DNA of 58,001 nucleotides, filler included, from Sphacelaria rigidula (lineage: Eukaryota): assembly GCA_964200075.2 (NCBI GenBank). It is 8 parts of 8 records of this genome, joined end to end, with 100 filler letters (N's around TTAATTAATTAA, not from the genome) between each part and the next. Parts side by side here need not be neighbours in the genome. Positions count along the whole stretch, not along the records: positions 1 to 7,163 come from CAXNAA020016183.1; positions 7,264 to 14,426 come from CAXNAA020016184.1; 6 more parts are not named here. One strand, written 5' to 3'. Positions within the stretch are counted from its first letter, which is position 1, and the number at the start of each line of letters is the position of its first letter. Both the position numbers and the translations under genes were made by a program. This document shows, in pieces, positions 1 to 10,089 of the stretch. The notes beneath the pieces were generated by a model that worked only from the letters and a program-made list of their open reading frames with translations, did no database searches and was not told the origin of the DNA.

Positions 1-521
1 GCTCAGGGCAGACATCCATCGCTGAAACATGACACACACAATTTGGGTCGTCAAATTTAGTTCTTTTATTTAGTTTTTTCTTAACTCAGCACCTTCGTTA
101 CTCGTTCCATCCTACCATGGCATGTCATGGTGTGATCGTCTCTGGCCACAGCTCCCTCGCCTCTGCGTACGAATACAACCCGTCTTTTACCCCCACAAAC
201 GGTCGACAAGTTGCCTGGTCCACCACCAACTCGGTCATTTCTCCAAGCGACGGTAGAGAGGGTGGGGTACCTTCCCGAAATCCCGATATCAAAATAAGTA
301 GGGTCAGAAGAAAGTGAAGCGCACTTGCGGTTCCAGATGCTACCGTGCTGCCGTACTATCGCCAGTGCAACTTTGCAGAAACGTGGGGCTGGAGGGTTCT
401 TGAGCCTAGAACTAAAGCAGTTACATGTGAAGAATGGTAATAACCAAAACTTATGTCAGACAAAGAATAATAACAAAAATATTAACCCGTTATTACGTGA
501 AACAAAAAGGAGACAGCCATA

Positions 522-1594
522 GGCTGGCCCAGTCTAGAAACGAGTTCAAGCTCTGAAATAAATATCTCATCGATACAGACGAGTTGGGCCGTGACCCGCA
601 TATCGTATTAATCGTCTGACTAAGGAGAAGGTGCCCTTCTGCTCAAACGTTTGGGCCATTTTTTTCCGTTGATTACACCCCATGTCTAGCAATTCCTATA
701 CCGTACGGATATAGCGTCCATACTAGTCTATATGAAACCTCGGACGATGTATACAGAGGATGACGACTTTTTGGTGTGGGCATTCCCTGGAGCACGGGGA
801 AACGAGCAGAGGCACTAAAGACACTAAATCTGGTATCGCGTCTCAGTTTTCGAGAGTCGTGCTTTGAAAATTTGTATGGAGAATCGCAAGCGCATAATAT
901 ATTAAAAAAATATATCGTTAATAATTTTTTCATCGTTTTTTTCTCTCGCTTTTTAGTAGAGTTTTGAGGGAAAATAAATATTGCTCTTGGCTCTCGAACT
1001 GTGATTTGAAACTGAGCACGGAGAATCGCAAAGGCGCTGAAGGGGAAAAAATCAGCCTTGCTTTCTTCTTGAGAGAGAGAGAGTAGGGCGTTCTCGTGAA
1101 AAAATGGTTAATACCGTACTAAAACGTCCTAGATCAGTGAAAAAAATCAGCCTGGCCCACTCTTGTTGCCTGATTATGCCCTCGCGAGGTCCCGCAAAAT
1201 TCCAATATACAAGTACCAAACCTGGGGTGGTTGGTGACCCGCAAAATACTGTCCCTGATTTAGACCGGCCTGGTTTTCGAACGGATCATGCTTGGCTCAA
1301 TTTTTAGAGTTGGACCTCATGCTTTGGTGTGGACAACCAGTGAGCTATAGTAAACACAATGTATGCATGGGCTCAAAGCTGTTTTTTTTTCAGGTGTTGA
1401 AGGCAATAATAGTCAGTTATCAGGTTTCAGTAACATGCCGTTTACTCATGAAAAACAAGAAGCTTTGGGTCGATGCATACGTTTTTTTATCATGGCCTTT
1501 TATTGTCGGTGCCAAGCTTCAAGGTCCAACCCCAAAATTTTAGCTGAAAATGGGCCCGCAAACTACAACTCCGCTTCTAGGCTGGCCCGGCTCG
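522..1594. mobile_element. Non-autonomous TIR element, family A (terminus CGAGCTGGGCCAGCCTAG; Tc1/mariner-like), copy 1
   Basis: Left end GGCTGGCCCAGTCTAGAAACG and right end CTTCTAGGCTGGCCCGGCTCG are inverted. The body aligns by eye with 8078-9325, 35005-36200 and, reversed, 28251-28952. Confidence 0.8.
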
Positions 1595-3129
1595 TGTCGA
1601 GCACCACATCCACTAACCTAGCATAGAGCGACCGACCATTTTTTTTTTTCAAATCGATTACAATCGGAGCATGATACCCACAAAGTGAGCACCGCTTTTG
1701 GTGAGATTACGAGCATAAAAAGACGACTACACGAGGATGACTGGGAGAACCGTACATCGCGCGGTGGCATGGGAAGTTTCGTTGATCCGAAAATAACGAT
1801 GCCAACAAACGCCTGGCCTACCAAATGATATACCTTCCATGCTGAAAACACCCAATCAATGTCACACTGCCGACCAATTCTTCCCACCATTGTCTTACCC
1901 GGATCAGACATTTGGTAGTGACCAAATTTGCCGCCGTGAACGATCCCTTGCATATCCTGCATCGCTCCTGCAGTGCGGTAAACTTCGATGGATCTATTTT
2001 TCTGTTGTATGTCGGCAACCCAGCTGGTTTTCGTGGTGGAAACTGGACTGCCGCCATGAGGTTGATGAGGGAGTCTCGATTATTTTTTCGGGATGTTTCC
2101 GGCCGCCTCTGCAGAAAAACTCAGACTGATCGTCTCCCCGCCTGTGCACACTGCCTCTGGGTAAGTAAAAGTTGGCTTCGATTCTATAATATTCATTGCC
2201 ACGGTTGCTTTCAGAGTTTTCGGTATGTGCGTAAAGTATCCACCGCCCTCTCCTTCGGCCGTATATTACACTTGGAAATTAATCTAAACCCAACACCGAT
2301 ACATTCCATACATGTGTATTCAAATGGAAACACTCAGACGCCGAAACACGGGGATCAGCGATACGGGAGGAAATTGCACATGTATAATTAAAGCTTCTGC
2401 TTCGTTGCGCCTGCCTTGATCGCCTCTACAGAGGATACGCCGCGCAGCAGTCGCTCGACTACCTCCCGTCGGCGCTCGTCTGAATGAGTCGCCGCCATCT
2501 GCAAGCGGCGCCCACACAACAACCCCTTTTCGACCGCCCCCCGCTGACGCTCGACCGAACGAGTTTGGCTAATTATCACCGGCGCCTGCCCAACCACACC
2601 TCGGTCGCGTCCCGCCAGCGCTGGCCCGAATGAATCTACACCACCTGCCAACGGCGCCGACCCAACACCTACTCCAGCGCCTCCTGCAGGCGGTCGCCAA
2701 GACGAGTCTCCATCGTCTGCCGTCGACGCACTTCTGCTTCTTTGTCGGGGTGATGTATCTCGACGAGGAACCGGTTTTGCCGTCCCGGCAGACCACCCAC
2801 CAGGAACAGGTACTACTATTGGAGCTGTGTTGGCACGACGGCTGTAGCTTAAGCAGCCGTGTGCGACGAAAATGGCCACGACCTTGCAGCTGCACAAGCA
2901 AGTGCAGCCGCCAGCTGCCGAGTCGGTGGAAGGGTTCTTGTTTTCGAGGACGCACATGAGCGATTAATCGCGCTATGTGCAGCAGAAGCACAGGTGGTGC
3001 TGCTCATGGTTACTCGCTAGGTCAGCTCGGAACGTACTACCCGCACCTACACCTGCACCTGCTCTGTGCCAACCTTCTACAGATCCAGCTACCGGCCTGT
3101 GTAGTGCGGGCTGCGCAGAGGATATGAAA

Positions 3130-3263
3130 CGGCTGTATCTTCGTGAAGCCGCGTACACTGTAATACAATCTGTTGTCATGTGGTGTGGTGCTGCTGTGCT
3201 GTACATATCACAACGGTTGTATCTTCGTAAAGCCGCGTACACTATGATGCAGTCTGTTGTCAT
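3130..3263. repeat. Short tandem duplication (period about 83 bp)
   Basis: CGGCTGTATCTTCGTGAAGCCGCGTACACTGTAATACAATCTGTTGTCAT recurs as CGGTTGTATCTTCGTAAAGCCGCGTACACTATGATGCAGTCTGTTGTCAT. Confidence 0.8.
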
Positions 3264-5278
3264 ACGGTACGATACTGTACTTTGCATATCATACTCCACG
3301 GTGGTTGCCGGTCGGTAATAATGTGCGGTCGGTTTCACAATCGAGTCTCTGTACCCAGTATAATAACGGCGTCAAAACGGTAAAGGCTACTGGCTGGTTT
3401 ATTCGCCGGCTCCGGATTTTGTACTACTTTTTCAAGTGAAAGTGATATAGATTCATAGATGGAGCTGACCTGGCGGTCGATTGGTCTCATCATCTGATGG
3501 CTCGTATCACTTTCACTTGAAAAAATAGAACAAAACGAGCTAGGAAACCGGGAACCGAGGTTGAGATACCTCTGGTGGGACGCGACCTCGCTCTCAACAT
3601 TTTGTCGCAGAAAAGGATTCCACACTGTCACAGTACACTTTTCAATGATGAAATCTCTTGTGCAGGATGCAATTGATGGAACCTGCACACATGACTTGGA
3701 TACAAAGGTGATGACAAAAGAGCTCTCTTTTCTCATGACTTTGCTTGGATATGAACGACCACCTACTCGTACAGTAGTACAACATAGATATCAGATGCCA
3801 AGATCGAAATTGTGAAATTGTGACTTTCATTTTTTTTTTCGCCGCACCTTTTCGCTCGAAAAATAATTTGCCTGTTGCACGCGACACGCCCCCAGGCGTG
3901 GAACACAGGCGATATCTATTTCCACCTGCGTGGGGGCGCGCCTGCAGCAGTGTTTGCGCCAATCTTGAGGAAGGTGGGTGTGTAGTTGGGCCGTCATCTT
4001 GAAGGCAGATGTGTGGGGTTCGTACATAGCGTGGGCAGCAAGCCAGTAGACGTGTTTTGCTTGATCGTGTATGCTTACCACCTGGCGACAATACGAGCAC
4101 CCTTTTGCTGCAGCGACGTCCATGCTCGCGTCTGTACCGAGGTCCGCAGCCTCGCCGCATGCTGCAGTAGAAGAAACTGATTAACGATAGGGATCCCACG
4201 TCGCGGAACTTGCACAGACAAGAAACAAGAAACGATGTCGGAGCGAAACCATGACCTGCCATATCAGTTTGCTTCACCGTCGTGAGCTACTCAGAAGGCT
4301 GAGTATTCATGTCATGTTGTAATGGGGCCCAAATGTGCATACTGTACCCGCAAGGGGGTCCGTTTCTTCACCTCTCACGTGTGTGAACTGTTGTCTGTAT
4401 CGGTAAGAATCCTTGGACCTTTTGACCGGTTATTTTGGGGACAAGCCCCGGATCTACAGACCACATAAGGATCCGGATTTACACTGCACTTAAATCCAAT
4501 ACCTACCAAGTGGTGACCTCTCCTGGGTATCGCATGCTAGTGAAGCCGAACATCAGGCAGACCGTGAATCATCCTTCATACATTTTGTGCTTTGCCGTGG
4601 TTTACGGTGCAGGACACTAGGCCGTCACAACAGTACACGATGATGGTACAGCTAGCATCGCGAGAACAATGTGCAAGAACAGTAGTGCAGCGCATCAGGT
4701 CACCCTGCAAATACTGTGACAACAGACATGGACAGTGAGTGGGATAGTACAGCACCGTTTGTTTATATACGACTGATGGGTACTGTGTATCACGATCGCC
4801 GAAGGGTACCGTGTCAATATTTCGTATCCACTTGTCGAACCCCGTGCGCACTACCTGTGCTACGAAGCTGCCCCACCCACCAGCTGGCGCGGGTCGGTGA
4901 TGTCTGTAGCAGTATAGTTACCCAGAGTTGGAGTTGGGTTACAAAACTGATATCACTTGATCTTGATTTGACTTTGGACGATGGGAATCGGATCTTCACG
5001 GGGGCTTGACGGTCCCGTGCCCTTTGAGCGTGCGCAGAACGCGCTTTCGTCCAAATCGGTGCGGATTGGAGGTATGCCAAGGCACACCTTGTCTAGGGAA
5101 ACCTATGCACCTCCCGTGTCCTCGAGTTTTTGGTTTTCCTTGGGTTAGGTTCAGAGTTAAGGTTACCCACAACGTAAGATATGTCGACCCAACTCGTCTG
5201 TGCTGGACGAGACGGTCTGCTGCTCCGTTTATAAAAAAAAGATGAAACGTCATTTCACGAAGGTTACCTTCTTAGTTA

Positions 5279-5958
5279 GGCCGGATGTTATGGCAAACAG
5301 ATTTTTGGCCCACGGATTGTTCACTTTTGGTACATTTGAGCCAATTTTTGACCCCCAAACAGGGAAAATCGCCAACACACGTCTTAGACACTATGCATCA
5401 CCCCACAGAGAAGAGCCCAGTCTGCTTTTCAGATTCGCTTGGCTCCGAGGTTTCGAGTTGGCCGCTGAACAAAAAACCGTGCGCAAAAATCTGTGCTTGC
5501 CGACCCCCGTTAGCATGGGCAAACTGGCGGGGGTCGGCAAGCACAGAGTTTTGCGCACGAATTTTGTTCAGCAGCCAACTCGAAACCTCGGAGCCAAGCG
5601 AATCTGAAAAGCAGACTGGGCTCCTCTGTAATGCGTGAGACCGCGCGCTTAGAGGACCGCATCGGAATTTGAACATCCCCGTGGTTAGGGTTAGCGTTGG
5701 GGATAGGGTCAGGGGCGTGGTAACTGCAAGGACTGGCCCGATTGCTTTTGAAAAAACATCGATCCTGCGGTGTTTTGAACTACGGCGCGGACCTCTAAGC
5801 ACACGGTCTTCTCACGCATTACACCTCTCTGTGGGGTGATGCATGGTGTCCAAGACGTGTGTTGGCGATCTTCCCTGTTTGGGGGTCAAAAAGTGGCTCA
5901 AATGTACCTAAAGTGAACAATCCGTGGGCCAAAAATCTGTTTGCCATAACATCCGGCC
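5279..5958. mobile_element. PIF/Harbinger-like palindromic MITE with TTA target-site duplication
   Basis: TTA|GGCCGGATGTTATGGCAAACAG ... CTGTTTGCCATAACATCCGGCC|TTA. Arms of over 130 bp are near-perfect inverted repeats. A GGCC terminus with TTA TSD is typical of PIF/Harbinger. Confidence 0.85.
5413..5623. mobile_element. Hairpin MITE nested in the left arm of the Harbinger-like MITE
   Basis: GAGCCCAGTCTGCTTTTCAGATTCGCTTGGCTCCGAGG ... CCTCGGAGCCAAGCGAATCTGAAAAGCAGACTGGGCTC. It is absent from the mirror position of the right arm. Confidence 0.8.
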
Positions 5959-6789
5959 TTAGTCGTACAGATTGGGGGGACCTGAACTCTCCCCCGATGT
6001 ACAGGACAGATTGGGGAAATCGCACGAAATTCCAAAAATGGATCTATACACCGATCTGAACTTCCCCGGTCTTGGCCATTTTGGAGATCATGGTGTAATG
6101 CTGTTGTAAGCTTTTCCCTCACTGATCCCTATCATGAAATAAGATGCCCAAGTGTTCGCCAAGAAAAATGAAGAAAGCATACCCAACTACTGCAGTATAT
6201 CCATCCCTGTGCTCACTCATGCTCTATGCTGTAGGATTGCGGTGGTAGCTGAGAATGAGTTGTTGTGTGGAGCTTGCACAGTTCTGCGAACTGATGTTAT
6301 CTGGCGTGGTGGTCTGGAAGACAGGAGTGATGTGTCGCTTAGTTCCTTTTTACAGCATGTTTTCGATCGGAAATACGGTATTGTAGATAGGATTTGACTC
6401 ATCTGCTCTTTATTTTGCTCGTTCTCTGCGGGTTTTTTTTTTCCGCGTCTTTTTTTGCTTTTTCACGTATTTTTGTGTCTGCTTCTTTTTTGTTTCTCGG
6501 CTCCTACTTTTCTTTCCGGCCCCTCTCACACGTTGTTCACGGACCCTAAATTTATCTCGGCCCCCTTATTATGTTAAATACGACCCTGCCGCACATCTCT
6601 CTGGCGTATATCATATTTCGCATATCTCGGCAACATTTTTTCAATGTGTTGTGTTTCCAGTTTCCAGTCTTGCCGCATGATCCATGTATTGCAGAGAGAC
6701 GTATATACTTCGAGTATCAGTCACGCCGTACTGTGGAATTCGCCATAACCTTCGCATACTGAATAAACGGTTTCCTCCCGCAATATGAA

Positions 6790-7121
6790 TGTGTGCTGTG
6801 TGTTGTCGTTCCTTCTATTCTGGACGCCGGTCTACACTTTTCGGTGTATGTGGGCGCTCCAGTCGGGGTCACACGGGTAAGGTCAACAGAAGCTTTTTTT
6901 TTTCTTCATTTGTTTTTAGTACACCTTCCTCCTGCGGTGCTTGTCTTTTTATTTTTTACCGCGAGAGGGGTTCAGCTGTCCCTTTCCCTCGTCGACCGTT
7001 CAGTCGAATTTTGTATACCCACGACATAGTCGCTGTCCACTGTTGGGCATTGTGTGAGAAAAAAATTCAGACCGCCCGAAACTTGAACCCACGACACAAC
7101 CATCAGAAGGTTTCACGGTTA
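6790..7121 (-). mobile_element. tRNA-derived SINE, 5'-truncated copy
   Basis: Body matches 51214-51553 and 54560-54915 (TTCCCTCGTCGACCGT, TTTGTRTACCCACGA). B-box-like GGTTCAAGT on the minus strand; A box missing. Confidence 0.8.
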
Positions 7122-7163
7122 GGACAAATCATCACGACTCGAAATCACCAAATTCACGATTTC

Positions 7164-7263
7164 NNNNNNNNNNNNNNNNNNNNNNNNNNNNNNNNNNNNN
7201 NNNNNNNTTAATTAATTAANNNNNNNNNNNNNNNNNNNNNNNNNNNNNNNNNNNNNNNNNNNN
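7164..7263. other. Artificial contig linker (44N-TTAATTAATTAA-44N); also at 14427-14526, 21690-21789, 28953-29052, 36216-36315, 43478-43577, 50740-50839
   Basis: Identical 100-bp spacer with stops in all six frames. The intervening segments are 7163 bp (x5) then 7162 bp (x3), i.e. length-sorted contigs. Confidence 0.97.
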
Positions 7264-7301
<38 letters not shown>

Positions 7302-7366
7302 CAGTAGTAGTAGCAGTAGCAGTAGCAGTAGTATTAGTAGCAGTAGTAATAGAAGAAGAAGTAGTA
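7264..7366. repeat. (AGT/AGC)n microsatellite
   Basis: Direct reading. Confidence 0.95.
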
Positions 7367-7929
7367 CGAGCTGGGCAAGCTGACCGTGATTTTTCAATGT
7401 TTTCGGACCCTGCAGTGGGTAATGCCAGGGGTTAATCATCTACATGCGCAACATCTTGAGGGATGCCAAGAACGCAAAACAAACAGAAAGTTCAACCGAC
7501 TTGAAGATTTCCAGCAAAAACTGGAAATACTCTGGAACCCCGTGCAAATGAAGAAATACGGCGGCATCCCCGTACATGTTGTGCGTACTGGCGTGCAGGG
7601 AGATCCTGGTAAAATTTCGGCAAAAAAATCTCGAAATTGGGCGCAGCCGGGCACTTTTTGTGTGACACCTCTGCGCCTCGTTTATCCAAGTGAAACAGGA
7701 GACTTGTGGAGGTCAAAAGTTCAAATTCTGACTAATGATCTTTTTTCCGTTCCGTCGTTAAGGTCATACATTATGCATTACATTTTCTTCATTTTTTTCT
7801 GCCGTCAGCGGCGGTGCCGTGCGTTACCAGATTGGTCTGCACTTCACAGCGATATGCTCAAGTCGGGCTGCTTTGGTAAACTTGACGAGTTGTGGTGTGA
7901 AATGCGAACGCGGGATTTACTGCTGGCCC

Positions 7930-7934
<5 letters not shown>
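7367..7934. mobile_element. MITE related to family A, embedded in a (TAG)n microsatellite
   Basis: TA|CGAGCTGGGCAAGC ... GCTGGCCCAGAAG|TA, flanked on both sides by AGT repeats. Confidence 0.7.
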
Positions 7935-7982
<48 letters not shown>

Positions 7983-7998
7983 CAGCAGCAGTAGTAGT

Positions 7999-8031
<33 letters not shown>
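7935..8031. repeat. (TAG/CAG)n microsatellite
   Basis: Direct reading. Confidence 0.95.
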
Positions 8032-8077
8032 GAAATACCACGTGTGGATCATGACATCGAGTAACACAAATGGAGGA

Positions 8078-9325
8078 CGAGCTGGTCCAGCCTAGACACG
8101 GGCTTAAGCCCTCAAAGCAATATCCCATCGACACAGACGAGTTGGACCGTATCCGCATACCGTATTTATTATCCATCACCTCATCAAGGGGAAGGTGCCC
8201 ATGTGCTCAAAAGTGTGGGACATTTGTTTCTCGTTGATCAAAAGCCATGTGTAGTGATATGATTCCTATACCTTACGAAGATGAAATTCATATCCTATAC
8301 CTCACGAAGATGAGATCTATACTAAAGCCTGTGTGGAACCCCGAACGATCTATAGAGAGGGTGATGACGGATGATGACAATTTTTGGTGTGGAAGTCCCT
8401 GGAGCACGGGGAAACGATCGAGACCCTCACCTTTACCTAATTCGTTATCTATATCGAGATATGACGCACATAACATTTCATAATAAAATCAATATATTAC
8501 GAGCGGAGGCACTAAATGCACTAAATCTGGATTTCGCCTCCCAGTTTTTGAGAGTTGTAAGTTGAAATTCGGTGTGAAGAATCGCTAGGACAAAAAATGA
8601 AAAACTTCTGCTTCTTGAGATGTTCATATATATGTTATATCGTTTTTTAGGGGCGCCTAAAGAAAAAATGGACAGTGTTCTTGGCCCTTATCTCAGTTTT
8701 CAACCTCAGTTATTGAAATTGTCATTTGAAACTTAGCCTTGAGAATCGCAAAGGCATGCTGAAAAGAAAGAACAAAGTGAGCCTTCAATTATTTTTTGGA
8801 TAGCTAAGGGCGTTCTCGTGCAAAAAATGATCCTTGCTATATTGAATGTCCTCAATTCATGAAAAATATAAAAAAGGCAACACATCCCATTGTTTTTATT
8901 CATTATACCCTAGCAAGGTCCCACACAAAACTTCAAAACATAAGTACCAAACCTGGGCCGGTACGTGGCCTGTAAAATACTGCTTCAAATTTCGACCGGC
9001 CCGGTTCCTAAATCGCCCGTTCTCACCACAATTTTGAGGGTTACACTTTCAAATTTGGTGTGGAGAATGAAAAGAATATGATGAAAAACGTTTTTGCGGG
9101 ACATGAAGTTTCATTTTTTCCATAAGTTCACGGCATTTTACTGAAAATTGTTTTTCAATTAAATGCCGCCAACTAATGAAAAAGTGGAGAAAAAAATCGT
9201 CGCGGGAAATTCTTTTTCATCATGCCTTATTTACTCTCCATACCAAATTGGAAAGTCCAACTCTCAAAATTGAGGTGAGACAGGACCTACAAACTGCAAA
9301 TTAGCGTTTAGGCTAGACGAACTCA
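8078..9325. mobile_element. Family A TIR element, copy 2 (probably in an ETF-QO intron)
   Basis: Starts CGAGCTGGTCCAGCCTAG and ends TTTAGGCTAGACGAACTCA|TA. Shares internal blocks with other copies (CCCTGGAGCACGGG, GGGCGTTCTCGTG). Confidence 0.8.
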
Positions 9326-9416
9326 TAGCGAGATCGGAAATACTGACGTAACAGAACCGATGCACGACTGGAATATGACATTAGTAAGATACGAATGGGG
9401 ACCGGCATTTACTCAC

Positions 9417-9518
9417 CAGCTGTGGCGCTGCCTCTTTATCTCCCTCGGGCACGTTGTACTCGTAGACTGCTGCAGGGCAGAACCGTTGCTCCGGACCCGC
9501 ATACTTGGGGTATGACAC
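9417..9518 (-). CDS. ETFDH: Electron transfer flavoprotein-ubiquinone oxidoreductase, internal exon (4Fe-4S region)
   Basis: ttttcgacag|VSYPKYAGPEQRFCPAAVYEYNVPEGDKEAAPQL|gtgagt. The PEqRFCPAxVYE motif is characteristic of ETF-QO. Phase 0 joins the 14168-14406 exon. Confidence 0.93.
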
Positions 9519-10089
9519 CTGTCGAAAAACAGGGGCACCCTTGAGATTACTCATACACCGTTCGTGATTTTTCAGAGGATATGTGATGAGCGCTGTATCC
9601 AACTCTATTCAACAACCAACACTGTCTTCGTGAGATTGAGAGTAGAGGATGCGATTGAGAGTGGAAAGCGGTGAAAATTATTGAATGAACAGTTTCAGTT
9701 CCGAAATGCCCCTCTCGATGAGGCCCGATATGCTTCCTGCAGTTTCTTGCCACTGAAGCTCTTCATACCCCTGAGAAGGATATCGATGTGTAGCTGTAAG
9801 CACACGCCAGTGTTACAGGCAAAGAAAATCACATACAGAATGAGAAACTGGTCAAGTTGAAGCAAATGATCAAACCCACTCTCAATCAACGCTCTACTCT
9901 CAATCTCACGAAAACATTGTCAACTATGTGTGTTTCGAAGGTTGATGGGTTGGCAGTTTGTTGGATGTTCTTATATCCCTGGGGTGTTATTGTTCCTTTT
10001 TTTTATATAAATATGGAAGAACGTACTGCATTCGGTTTGCCGGTTAGTTATTGACTGTCTGTGATGTTAAGAAAACAGCGTCTTAGGGG

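Noticed and set aside
7208..7219. TTAATTAATTAA recurring every 7.26 kb as a biological periodic motif
   Set aside because: Always centred in N runs; a synthetic six-frame-stop linker.
7212..8179. Poly-Leu/Ser/Thr/Tyr ORFs
   Set aside because: Translations of (AGT)n microsatellites.
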